Shown here: positions 39,787 through 52,479 of the stretch, in pieces
Layout of the letters: every line of letters starts with the position of its first letter
Numbering within the stretch: position 1 is the stretch's first letter
Assembly (NCBI RefSeq): GCF_018350175.1
Contig: NC_058368.1
Span: 55,740,001 to 55,804,000, forward strand
Source of the DNA: Felis catus
Taxonomy: Eukaryota
Length of the DNA stretch: 64,000 nucleotides
Direction of reading: 5' to 3'
Program-made: the position numbers and the translations under genes
The notes under the pieces: generated by a model
What the model saw: the letters and a program-made list of their open reading frames with translations, nothing else
The model's database searches: none
What the model was told of the DNA's origin: nothing

Positions 39787-39815
39787 TTTATAATAGTATT
39801 AGTAGTAGTAGTAGT
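39555..39815 (+). mobile_element. MIR
   Basis: tataatggccaagagcac...gtaaaa..gatgataagatactaccta...gcttagtacactgcctggtccatagtaag...aaatg. Confidence 0.75.
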
Positions 39816-40204
39816 ATACAGTGTATACCAACAGAAATATAAAACACATAAAATTATATGCATATATGTAGTACACATATATATTATCTATAATACTGTA
39901 TGTATTAAACTTACACATAACATTGGTTTCTTATTATATACATGAAAACTACTCAGTTACCTAAGAAAGTTTTTAATGTGGTCTCCACAGTTATCTGGTT
40001 AATAAGAAGTGTTTAGGTACTGAATGTTTCCTGGGTATCTAAATTTCTACTGTTAAGATATGGCTAGATTTGGAATGCAGCTCAGTCAATTTAATTGATC
40101 AGTTATTATTTGAATAATTGTTTAATCTTTCAAACTATAGATATTTCAAAACATAAGACTCAGGAGAGTTTGTTTTAATTATAACTAATAAGTCCCTATT
40201 TTTT

Positions 40205-40405
40205 TTTTAAATTTTTTTTAACGTTTATTTATTTTTGAGACGGAGAGAGACAGAGCATGAACGGGGTAGGGTCAGAGAGAGGGAGACACAGAATCTGAAG
40301 CAGGCTCCAGCACAGAGCCCGACGCGGGGCTCGATCTCACTGACCACGAAATCATGACCTGAGCCGAAGTCGGCCGCTTAACCGACTGAGCCACCCAGAC
40401 GCCCC
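40205..40405 (-). mobile_element. Fairly young CAN-SINE with 15-bp TSD
   Basis: aagtccctatttttt at 40190-40204 and 40406-40420. Confidence 0.97.
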
Positions 40406-42560
40406 AAGTCCCTATTTTTTAAGATTAGTGCCCCGGGTATAAAAAGAGCTATTTTGTATATGTAATTTCTAATCTTTATAGTCACAGAAAAAATAATATT
40501 TTAATTAATATTTAAGAATCCTACTTAATAGGTAGGATTTTAATTTCCCTAATGACAGTTTAGATGCATAATTTCTACTTAAATACAAGTTAACGTTCAG
40601 AAAATACTAGTGTCAAATGTATGAAAGCAAAATAATGAGAAGAAAAAGGAGAGAGGAGGAGCAGGAGGAAAAGGAGGAAGAGAAGAAGAAGAAACCTACT
40701 TGGATTATTTTCTGTATTTCCTATTTACTTCTCTTACAATTTCATAATTAAACTGATTTGGGTTAACTTGTTTTATAACTTATAAAAATGTATGTTGTCT
40801 CTTAAATGGAAAAGTACAGCTCTTCTTTTAAAGGATATTATTTGCATATTTTTAGCTCTTAAACTCTTGGAAAACCCTTGCAAATCAAGAGCAAACAGTG
40901 GAAAATAATAATTTTCTTATGTTACTGAAAATGGATAGTATTATGGAATTCTATTGCAATAGCTTTATTATGATAATTTAAATTTCACATTTTGAACCAA
41001 ATTTAATTCTTAGCAAGTTGAAAGTACAGAAAAGTTGTTTCTGTAATCTTGGCCAATATATATTTTAATTATTTCTTAATTCATCAAGGAATTTTTCCTC
41101 TAAGGATTATGTACAATATTAAATAGGAAAAAGAAATAAGAAATAATTATTTTAGTTTCAAAATTGGTTCAGTGAAGCATTTTTGGTTCCTAACTAATCT
41201 ACATGGTAAAATTACTGATTTGACTTTGAAGATAATTTAGGGGTACTTTTGGTTTGAACATGATGAAATAATTTTCTGCATCTTCTCTAAAAATCAATCA
41301 GAAATGGAAAGAAAAACAAAAAAAATCTTTTAGATAAAACCTATCATTGCAAAGAAAAATTTATGTAGTTGAAGCATTTTTAAAGTCACCTACTTATTTA
41401 AAAAACAAACAAAAATAGAACAGCAACAGAAAAATGCAGGTTCCCAAACTTGCAGAAAACAATGAAAAGTGGGAAAATACGTCAGGATTATCACAGAAAC
41501 AATTTGTGATTGATCCGCTTGTAGAATGGTAGGAAAGATTAAGCAAAAAATGTGAACATAGAGAAATTGGATAAAAGCATGTTTAAAAGGCTATCTGATG
41601 CCATGTCCCCCATCTTACCTATTGATCTCCTCCTTCTAGAAGCCTAGAATTTTCAGGAATTCCATCTAGAGACATTGAACCAAAAACTCTAGATTAGGAA
41701 TATTATTCACAAAGGAATGAAATATGGAACCTGGCATACTAATTGTTAAGGACTCTCAAACTCCCTTCATTTTTCCAGATCCTTAGAATTGCCAAACAGA
41801 ATTTTCTGATGAGATTTTGGCATAGAGTCTACTTAAGAGAAACTGAATCATATAGATAAAGGAGCTAAATATCAGAAGTTATTCCCAAAAATCTACTGGT
41901 TTTCCTTTCAGTAAACTGAGTCTTTCAAAGTATCATATATGCCTCATTTCCAACAAATCTTTTATTAAATATAAAATAGGTAATCAACATCACCCAAAAT
42001 TTGAGGAAATCTTCTAATGTGAAAGAATGAAATCCACAACTGGCAAACCTACAAAAGCACACACAAAAAGTAATTCATTGGAAGTACCGAAGTGAAAAAT
42101 CTGGAAAAAAGGTTCATATCTCTTCATTTTCCAAGAGGTAATAGAACAAATTTCATTTATGAAATGGATAACAAGGTATATGCAGAAAAATAAGAAATAC
42201 AAAGCATAGCTCCTAGAAATAAACACAAAAATGTTGTTCTTTTTTAAATAACCATTTTGGAAGATACATTTTAAAAACTTTCCAAAAAATACAACAAAAA
42301 CATACAGATCTGGAAAAGAAGAGAAATTATAGGATGTTAAAGAGTAAATCCACATGGTCAACTGTTAACCTAAGAACAAATATAAGATAGTAAATTAGGG
42401 AAAATCATGGGGGCAGAAATTATCCAAGAAAATACAATATAGAGGGGAATTTTGAACAACTGTGGTCTGTATTAATATGCCCTCTGGATGTTTAGCACAA
42501 TGAATTAAAAATTAAATCACAGATACTAGCACAGTGAATTAAAAATGAAATCACAGATAC

Positions 42561-42955
42561 TGCTTCAAGATACTGGTTTCAAGTTTTTTGGATAATACTC
42601 AGAAGTGGGATTTCTGGATCGCACAGTAGTTCTAATTTTAATTTCTAGACAAACCTTCATACTATTTTACATATGGTTGTACCAATTTATAAATGCAGCA
42701 ATAGTGTAAGAGTTCCTTTTTTTTTTTAGAATTCCCTTTATACAACATACTCATCAACACTTGTTATTTTGCTTGATTGTTTTTTGTTTGATAATAGCTG
42801 TTTGAACATTTGTGAAGTGCTATCTCATTGTGATTTTCATTTTCATTTTCATTCTCTGATTATTAGTGATGTTGAGCAATTTTTCATGTACTTCTTGGCC
42901 ATTTGTATGTTATCTTTGGAGAAATCTATAATCAGTATCTTTTTCCATTTTTTTT
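42561..42955 (-). mobile_element. Old L1 ORF2 C-terminal fragment
   Basis: cagaagtgggatttctggatc...gatgttgagcaatttttcatg...ttggccatttgtatg. Confidence 0.8.
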
Positions 42956-43586
42956 AAACAAGTTTTTTGTTAAAAATACATACTTTTCATTTATGTTAAA
43001 ATTACATACATACATACCTGTGCCTTCAGGTATGATCTTGGGTTTAGTGAAGCTGAAAGAAGCAGAAAAAATCATATCCCCATTATTTATAACAAAATAG
43101 CATTACTGTTACTATTTTTAAGGTAATTATATAAAATTTAATAATTTGGGAATCCTTAAATATTCTTCAAAAATTAATATTATTTAATAAAGTAATTACT
43201 GATTTGTAATTATAACAAGTATTTATGGTCCATACATAGATTTGAGATTCTTAAGGAAACGATGACATGATGACAATTTTATCCCATAAATCTTAGAGCA
43301 AATAAAAATCCAAATATGTAGGAGGGGAACATGAAATCAATCAAAAGCAAGGCAGGTCATTTAAACAGGATAGTAAATAAGTTTCATTCAGATTTAGTTT
43401 GGGATGTATTTTGGGGCAAATGAATTCTTAAATTTGTAGGTATGTATTAATGCTGCTTTTGATCTTTGCAGTAATAAACATATCTACATAAATCGTAAAG
43501 GGCATAATAAAGGACTTCTCGGATTTTTTTTTAAATATATTTCCAGTAGCCTACTAGCTAAACAATGTTTGTCACTTACTCTTCTT

Positions 43587-44580
43587 GTTTTAAACAGCTT
43601 TATTGAAGTGCAATTTATATAAAAAAGACCCTGCACATATTTAATATATACAACTTGATGACTTTAAACATATGCACGTGCCAGTGAAACCATCACCATA
43701 ATCAGGGTAACAGATATATTTGTTAAAAGCTTCCTTGTGTGTTTTTCCTTTTTGTTGTTTTTGTTTTGTAAGAAGACTTATGTGTTCTATAAACTTAACA
43801 ATTTTGTAGGTGTACAATGCAGCATCAATAAACTATTACCACTGTGTTTGCAGTAGATCTCTAGAACTTTCTCATCTTGCATAACTGAAATTTATATCCA
43901 TTGAACAACTCACCATTTTCACCTTCCCCCAACCCCTGGCAACTACCCTTTTATTCCCTGATTCTATGAGTTGGATTATTTGTTACCTCATATAAGTGGA
44001 ATCATGTAGTTGTCTTTTTTGTGACTGGTTACTGTCACTTAGCATAATGTCCTCAAGGTCCATCCATGTGGTCACAAACGGCAGGATTTCCTTCTTTTTT
44101 TAAGGCAATTATATAAGTATTATATGAATAAACCCATTTTCTCTACCCATTTATCTGTTTCCATATTTTCGCTATTGTGAATAATGCTACAATGAACATG
44201 GTAGTGCAGATATCTCTTGGGGATCCTGGATTTCAGTTTCTTTGGGTATATATCCAGAAGTTGGATTGTTAGATCATATGATGGTTCTATTTTTAATTTT
44301 TGAGGAGCTTTCATACTGTTTTCTATAGCATCTGTGCCATTAGTGGTTAGGATTTGCATTTCCCTGATGATTAATAATGTTCAACAACTTTTTATATACC
44401 TTTTGGCCATTTTTATGTTTCTTTGGAGAAATATCTGCTCAAGTCCATTGTCCATTTTATAATCATGTATTTTTTCTTTCTGTTTAGTGAGAAGTATTTT
44501 TTAAAATATATTTTGCATATTAGCTCTTTATCAGATATGTTGTGCAAACATTTACTCCTTTTCCATGAGTTTACTTTTTG
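43587..44580 (-). mobile_element. L1MB/L1MA-like 3' fragment
   Basis: agctttattga, agatctctagaact, ccctggcaac motifs; ORF 44120-44359 encodes L1-like LLDIYPK. Confidence 0.85.
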
Positions 44581-47500
44581 CTATTAAGATGTTGTACTTA
44601 AGGGGCTTTAAAGATACAACAGTTAGGTGTAGTCAGCTCATATAAAAGTCCTCTATCAAAATGAGATTTGCATGAAGAACTAGGAACTTGTTATTGGTTT
44701 AAGTATATAGGACCCAATTATTTCCAGGTCCAAAACACATCTCATCCTTAGGTACAGTTGTAGAGAATCAAATTTAGAGAGTTTGGATAGCTTCCAACTA
44801 TCATTTGAATGAGTGATGGGAATAGGGATTGAACAATAAATCATAAATCTCCCTGATTCTCTGGTGAAATTTTCTCGATACTTAAACTAATGTAATGAAT
44901 AATTATGAATTATGGCTTATGGTCTATGATTTGTGGCTTCAAGTTGAATAGTCTTGCTGCCACAAGAATATTCATGATAATGAAAAAGTCATAGAAACTA
45001 TGTTTAGGATATGAGAGTTTCAGGAATTCAAAACCCAATCATAGAAACAATTTTAAAAATTTTAATCTCTTTAAAAGCCTTTTGACCTTTTTATCAAACA
45101 AGGAGATGTATAACTTCAAATCTCATGTCATGGAGTCATTTTATGTTGGCAAATCCTGAATTGTTTAAGTTATATAATAATAAATAGGTAAGATATTTTT
45201 AACAGAAATCACATTTGTACAGCAAAATGATTCATAAAGCAAACTGGTGTATAACTGGCTTGCTTAGATCGGATTCATTTTGAATTTTCTGAACAGATAC
45301 AGATGACCAGAAGTTTTGATTCATCCCATTTTTAGCATAGACCATTGGTTTCACTATAAGCAAAATCTGTGAGATGGGCTTTTGTAATCTCACTTTGTCT
45401 TAATTTTTATTTTCCACTGAGTTCCAGGTGCTGAGTTAAAGAAAGTTCCACTATCAATAAATTAGCTAGGAATTGAAGAGCTCTATTCCATTTTAGTGGA
45501 CAAAGATGAAAACTGTGTCCTGAATTTTATGAGGTTTGAATTATAATTAAATGAAAGAAATTAAAATTCACTTTTTTAGGGAAAACTCAGAAAGAAAAAA
45601 ATTTAAGAGTGCCTGGTTACAAGAAATTTTTATATTTTTGTCTAAAGACAAGAACAGATCAGAGTTAATGACCCCAAACCAAGATCAAACAAGTCTGAGA
45701 CAAGCATGAACCTGCTTGTAAAACAAATTGTCAAAAGAAGATAATTAAGTAAGCAGAGACATTTCTCAGAGTAAGTTGGAATAACTTGAGCTTCATTTTT
45801 CTTTTTTTGTTACTTTCAAATGATTCATGAAGCTACAGCAGAGCACTTCTGTGTGAATGTAATTGATCATCCTAAAAGGGTGAGAGCAATGCCACCTTCA
45901 GTATGTGTGTATTAGTCGTATTGTAAGTATATAAATATTTATTGAAATAAATTTATAATTCATGATATTTTAGTCTTTCCTAAGATTAGTTACAAATTGG
46001 AGGGTCCAGTGAAACATTGGAATATGATACATTGCAAAGAATAAGCGATCACCCTCTACTTTTCAAATAATATCATTTGAATCATATTTCTTTTTCTGAC
46101 TGCCGAGAGCAAAGAGTTTTTTTATTTTATTTAAATTAATTTTGTTTGTGTTTGATGACTAGACAGAGTTTTTAATCTCCTAGGAAAAATTAGAAGAATT
46201 AGTCATTTAAGACAGTAACAATAGCATGGTCTTTACTCAGAGAGTGTCCCTAAGTAATCCTTCTTGCACAATACAGTTTTCTTCAAGGCAGTGAGAGCAG
46301 TATAATTGATGATTTGGGTATGGAATTATTATGTACTAATAACAGTGTATGGCCTATTACCATGTGATATCTCCTGCTGCTTTATAATTAGCTGCATGTG
46401 TGGTTTGGACAAGTGGCTGTGTACTTCACGGACTGTTCACCAGGTAGAACATAACGGCTCCTTGGGAGCCAATTAGTTGGGCCTGTCAAGGCCAATTTCA
46501 GCGATTTTTAGTTTTTGGATTATAAGCCAAAAAACTGTAATTGTGACAAACCTATAAAGGAGTTGATATGCAAAAATATGATATCCACTTGGACAAGATA
46601 AATTATTTTCCATTCATGTCTACTCATTATTATACCAAAGAATTATTTCTTAGAAGTCTATGATTCTGAAATTGCTGGACTGTTCAGCTAACAATGAGTA
46701 ATAACTAAGAGTTCTTGTTTTTAGGATAGAATCTTAATTTTGAGTGAAAATAAAAGAGCCAAAGGAAGGGAGGCTGCATTTGTCTTTTGCAAAGACAATA
46801 ACGATACTTGTTAGAATATATTAACAGTTTCTTTAAGAATTAAATCCATGTTAAAGCAACAAACACAGAAATAAGTTATGTTTCATAATGCATTTTTGTT
46901 GTTTTTATTTCAGGACTAACATTTTCCACAAATTCTGAGCCATTCTGTATGAATGGTAGCACTAAATTTAGCCCGAGGCTGTATTAGTAGAATCTGGCAT
47001 ATATATATAATATTTTATCAACCCCCTTCTTTTTTAACAGCAAGAAACGGATCCGTGAATATTCTGTTTCTCCTTATGTTACACATGGAGAAAGTACATA
47101 CCTGGAAACCAGGCACCACCCTGTTCATGGGAGAACATGCCACCTACATGTGAATTAAGGGGTGACACAGGGGAGTAGTCAGCATCAAAAATTTACAGTA
47201 TTAGACCAATTTATAGAATAAACTATTGTGTCATACTATTGGTGATGAATGCAAAATAGAGAGAGCATACAGGCAATTTCCTAAAGGCATTGTTGCATAT
47301 TTCAAAAGAAAATGGTTAAGCTGTTGACTAGTTAATACATAAAGGTCAGCTGTAGTACCGAAGTTACAGAGGAGAAGTCAAGTCTGTCCATATCAAAAAT
47401 ATTCCAGGAGCCAAAATGAGGTGATGTGAGACACATTTACGTATAAAATAGTCAAAATGTGGGTTTTAATATATCACTCATTCTGTAAATTACTGAAATT

Positions 47501-47800
47501 GTACAAATTACTTTAATAATTAGAATCTTTTAAGAAGTCTCTTACAGTAATTTGTCTATTATAAACTAAATTTCTCCTAATAAGGAGACACATTTCATTT
47601 GTGTAACCATTTTCTACATTGCTAAAAAGCATGGCTATTTTTGACAAAGTCATATATATTTTTTTACTTTTCTCTAAAAGAAATTTTTAATAGTACTGTG
47701 AATTTCATAAAATTCAGTAGTGACCACCTAATGTTTCTTTTAGATGAGAGTGCAGGAAAAAGCCCCCAAATTTTTCAAATGTCTCACTCTTTCATTTCTT

Positions 47801-48020
47801 TAAAATTTTTTTTTAATGCTTAGCTATTTTTGAGAGAGACAGAGACAGAGTACAAGCTGGGGAGGGGCAAAGAGAGAGGGAGACACAGAATCCAAAGCAG
47901 GCTCCAGGCTCTGAGCTGTCAGCACAGACAGAGCGTGATGCAGGGCTGATCCCACGAACCGTGAGATCATGACCTGAGCTGAAGTTGGATGCTCAGCTGA
48001 CTGAGCCACCCAGGTGCACC
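47801..48020 (-). mobile_element. CAN-SINE with 17-bp TSD
   Basis: tcact(c/g)tttcatttctt at 47784-47800 and 48021-48037. Confidence 0.95.
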
Positions 48021-48779
48021 TCACTGTTTCATTTCTTAAATAATTTTTTACAAACGATTATGACGTAGTAGTGTTATATCTAGAATACAGTTTTTATATA
48101 CTGATTTTGGCTATAGATAAAATGATACAAGTGTAAGTCAATCATACAAATTGTATTATATTTGTAAAATTCTGTTTGGAGTTAAATGAATAAAAATTAT
48201 TAAGATTTGCTTGTTAACCTTAGACATGGAAAAAACCCAATATTTCTTGCAAGAATAATACCCCAATTAAAGTAATATCCAATTTATGTCATTGTATATT
48301 CTTCTTGGTATACAAATTTAATTTAATAGAAGAAATTATAATGTATGAATTTTAATTATTAAATTTCAAATTATTTAATCCAATTATATTAAAATACTTC
48401 ATGAACAAAAGCCATATATAAAATAATAGTGATAAATAAATTTCATTGGTATCCTATGTTTAGATTTCAATGAAGTTATTAAAATGGTAATAACTAGAAA
48501 GCAATATTGTGTTATTAAGATGTTAGCAGAGATTAAGGATTATACCTGAATTGTGACTTTAATACTATTAAGTTACTAGCTTAAGATATAATGCACAAAG
48601 ATATCCTATATGCTGGTCCACACAGCAAAACTACATAAATTGCAAAGGGATAAAAGCATGCATAAAGTGTACTTTAACATTTAATAGCAAGAAGATACGT
48701 AGAAAACCCCGAATACCTTGGGTCTTTGGAATTCCATTTATACACAAACCATGAGATAAAAAAGATATCACAAGAGAAA

Positions 48780-49290
48780 TTAAAACAAAAACATCAAAAC
48801 TGAATCATAATAAAATTATATTATGTAAACATATGTTATAACCTAAAACATCACTAGAGATAAATTTATAGTATTATAACTATATACTTGAAAAATGAGA
48901 GAATCAACGCTTTTAGTTTCTACCTTAAGAAATCAATTAAGAGTAAATTAAACACCAAGTAAGTGGAAGGAGGGGAAACAGTAAAAATTAAATCAGAAAT
49001 CAGTGAGGCAAAATCAGCAAACCGCTAAATATGTTCTTTGAAAGGTTAGTCATGTTTATTAATCCCTAGTAAGGTTAATAAGAAAATATTACATATAACT
49101 TTGTGTCAAAAATATTCAACAGTTCAAATTCTACACACACATACACACACAGATGGAAACTTTGAATAGATTGTTACCTGTTAATGATACCAATTTTGAT
49201 ATTTAAAAAACTTCCCACAAGAAAACCCCGGCCCTATTGGCTTTATTGGTAAAGTCTATCAAATACTGGAGAAGGAAAAAGTACTCATAC
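48780..49290 (+). mobile_element. Old L1 ORF2 internal fragment
   Basis: ttctaccttaagaaa...gttctttgaaag...aaacttcccacaagaaaaccccggccc. Confidence 0.6.
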
Positions 49291-49356
49291 ACTCTTATGG
49301 AAAGCTTTAAAATAACAAATTTGGTATCTTTAACAGATAGCAAGCTATTCAAATTT

Positions 49357-49358
<2 letters not shown>

Positions 49359-49402
<44 letters not shown>
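49359..49402. repeat. (GT)n microsatellite
   Basis: Directly visible. Confidence 0.95.
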
Positions 49403-49403
<1 letters not shown>

Positions 49404-49485
49404 TGAATTTGAACTGTTGAATATTTTTGACGCAAATTTGTATGTAATAGATGGTTATTATTACCAAAATATCAAATAAAAATTT

Positions 49486-50534
49486 TATTTTATTTTATTT
49501 TATTTTATTTTATTTTATTTTATTTTATTTTATTTTATTATTTTATTTTATTTTACTTTATTTTAATATATGAAATTTATTGTCAAATTGGTTTCTATAC
49601 AACACCCAGTACTCATCCCAAAAGATGCTCTCTTCAATGCCCATCACCTCCCCTCCCTCCCCTCCCTCCCATCCCCCCATCAACCCTCAGTTTGTTCTCA
49701 GTTTTTAAGAGTCTCTTATGCTTTGGCTCTCTCCCACTCTAACCTCTTTTTTTTTTCCTTCCCCTCCCCCATGGGTTTCTGTTAAGTTTCTTAGGATCCA
49801 CATAAGAGTGAAAACATATGGTATCTGTCTTTCTCTGTATGGCTTATTTCACTTAGCATCACACTCTCCAGTTCCATCCACGTTGCTACAAAGGGCCATA
49901 TTTCATTCTTTCTCATTGGCATGTAGTACTCCATTGTGTATATAAACCATAATTTCTTTATCCATTCATCAGTTGATGGACATTTAGGCTTTTTCCACAA
50001 TTTGGCTATTGTTGAGAGTGCTGCTATAAACATTGGGGTACAAGTGCCCCTATGCATCAGTATTCCTGTATCCCTTGGGTAAATTCCTAGCAGTGCTACT
50101 GCAGGGTCATAGGGTAGGTCTATTTTTAATTTTTTGAGGAAGCTCCACACTGTTTTCCAGAGTGGCTGTACCGGTTTGCATTCCCACCAACATTGCAAGA
50201 GGGTTCCCATTTCTCCACATCCTCTCCAGCATCTATAGTCTCCTGATTTGTTCATTTCGTCCACTCTGACTGGCGTGAGGTGATATCTGAGTGTGGTTTT
50301 GATTTGTATTTCCCTGATGAGGAGTGACGTTGAGCATCTTTTCATGTGCCTGTTGGCCATCCAGATGTCTTCTTTAGAGAAGTGTCTATTCATTATTTCT
50401 GCCCATTTCTTCACTGGATTATTTGTTTTTTGGGTGTGGAGTTTGGTGAGCTCTATATAGATTTTGGATACTAGCCCTTTGTCTGATATGTCATTTGCAA
50501 ATATCTTTTCCCATTCCGCTTTAGTTTTGTTGAT
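49486..50534 (-). mobile_element. Young 5'-truncated felid-type L1 (~1.05 kb) with (TAAAA)n tail and 12-bp TSD
   Basis: ORF2 C-terminus open over 49791-50534; TSD aaataaaaattt at 49474-49485 and 50535-50546. Confidence 0.96.
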
Positions 50535-50756
50535 AAATAAAAATTTAAAATCCACAATCCCATTGCCTAGAAAATTTCCTTTGTGCCTCCACTTTCCCCT
50601 TAGTCTTTATGCTAGATAGTTGCTTTCTGATTTCTAGCACTCCCAATTAATTTTGACTGTTCTTGAAATTCATATTAATGTAATTATACTGTATGTAGCA
50701 TTTTTGTGTCTTTTACTCAGCACTGTGTTTTGGAAGCCATCTATGTTGCTATATTT

Positions 50757-50890
50757 GTGAGACCCTAAAGCAGAGAACTCAGTTAAGCTGTGCCTATACT
50801 TCTGATCTTCAGAACTGTAAAATAATAAAAGTATACGCCTAAACTACTCTGGTTACGGTAATCTTTTACATAGCATAGAATTCTAATATA
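50757..50890 (+). mobile_element. MLT1 3' end fragment
   Basis: gtgagaccctaaagcagagaactcagttaagc...cagaactgta..ataataaa...ctaatata. Confidence 0.75.
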
Positions 50891-50999
50891 ATAATATACT
50901 TTCATTTTCTAATTAAAATTTTATTTAAAAAATTATTGACTATTAAAATAATTATTTTTTTCCTTGTTAAAACGTTTATTATGTAGTATGCCTGAGCTC

Positions 51000-51450
51000 C
51001 AAAGAATAGAAATGTGATTCCTATTGGATTGATCCATAAGAGATTTTATTGGCCCACAGAACTGGAAGCGCAGGGCTGGGTTGGAATTCATGCACAGTTT
51101 GATCAGGGTAGCTCTGCTTGTTCTACCTTTTTAGCCTGGATCCTTCCCCTTGTTTTCAATGCTATAGCAGCATCTGGTGTCTCAAGATTTCTGATTCATC
51201 CAAAGTGTTCTATTTTAATGATCTATAGAGGCTTCCCATCCTGAAGCCAGTGATAAACCTCTTCTTCCTTTTATTGAAACAAATTTGCATAGGTGTTTCC
51301 ATCTCTGCATCAAAAGAGCTAGGCAGATGGAATGATCATGATTGCTAAAGGCTCAGCAGTACCCCCTTCTGGAGCTAGTGACCAGTACCCCAGACTTATT
51401 TATTGCCACACCATGGGGGAGGGTGAAGTAGACTTAGGGGTTTATAAATA
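51000..51450 (-). mobile_element. Old MLT1J/K-like fragment
   Basis: ttttattggcccacagaactggaag...gcacagtttgatcaggg...ggaatg. Confidence 0.45.
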
Positions 51451-51750
51451 ATGTCCTTCGCAAATATTCCCTAGAAATGCCCCACATGTACAAGATAAAG
51501 TCCATACAATTAACACATCATTCATAACTGTACATCACATGACCCCTATTTGGCATTTCAGCTTTACCTCCTTCATCTCAGCTATTTTCTCCTTTTTCTT
51601 CTACACAGTTTACTTCTATTGTTGTCATATGAATTTACCATGCAGAGGAATTGTGTTTTTCTGTACTGAGCAATATAGGTTCCCTGTGCCTTCTTTAGAT
51701 GTTGTTTCACGTCTGATACCTAATTAAATCTTTAAAAATATATTAATTCT

Positions 51751-51836
51751 GTGACACCTATCTAGCTCAGTTAGTGGAGCATGTGACTCTTGACCTTGGG
51801 GTTGAAAATTTGACCCACACATTGGGTGTAGAGGTC
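51751..51836 (+). mobile_element. Short tRNA-derived old carnivore SINE (SINEC_old-like)
   Basis: ctagctcagttagtggagcatgtgactcttgaccttggggttg...cacattgggtgtagag. Confidence 0.8.
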
Positions 51837-52097
51837 TCTAGAAAGTTTCTAGAAAAATATGTTGATGTCTTTATTTACATGGTCATAGAGAATGATTAGA
51901 TGATCACACACAAGAAGTCATTTTAAAAATGCTTTTCCACATTTGTTAGGAAAAGTTGCTTTTTTTATAATTCAAATCTAGATTTTATTTTAATTTTTTT
52001 AACCTTAAATAAAATTTTTATTTTGAATATATTTCAATTCAGAGGCAACGTGAGATCGTACAAAGAAATTCCACAATATATAATTTCCCCTATTATT

Positions 52098-52405
52098 CTT
52101 ATTTTTTTAATCTTACTTAAATCTAGGTTGGTTAAAATATAGTGTATTACACTATTCATATAACTTACATATTCTTATGTAACTTACATATCTCTTATGG
52201 TTTGCCTCCTTCTCGGTTTTGATCTTATTTTTCTTTCCCTTCCCCTGTTTATCTGTTTTGTTTCTAAATTTCACACATGAGTGAAATCATACAGTATTTG
52301 CCTTTCTCTGACTGACTTTTTTGCTTAGAATAATACAGTCTAGTTCCATCCATGTTGTTGCAAATGACAAGACTCCATTCTTTTTTATCACCAAGTAATA
52401 TTCCA

Positions 52406-52410
<5 letters not shown>
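52098..52410 (-). mobile_element. Carnivore L1 3' fragment with internal deletion, followed by (TA)n
   Basis: ctcttatggtttgcctc...cacatgagtgaaatcatacagtatttg...tagttccatccatg. Confidence 0.8.
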
Positions 52411-52459
<49 letters not shown>

Positions 52460-52479
52460 ATATATATATCCCATTATTT

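Noticed and set aside
51751..51836. tRNA gene
   Set aside because: Degenerate B-box and acceptor stem; matches a tRNA-derived carnivore SINE
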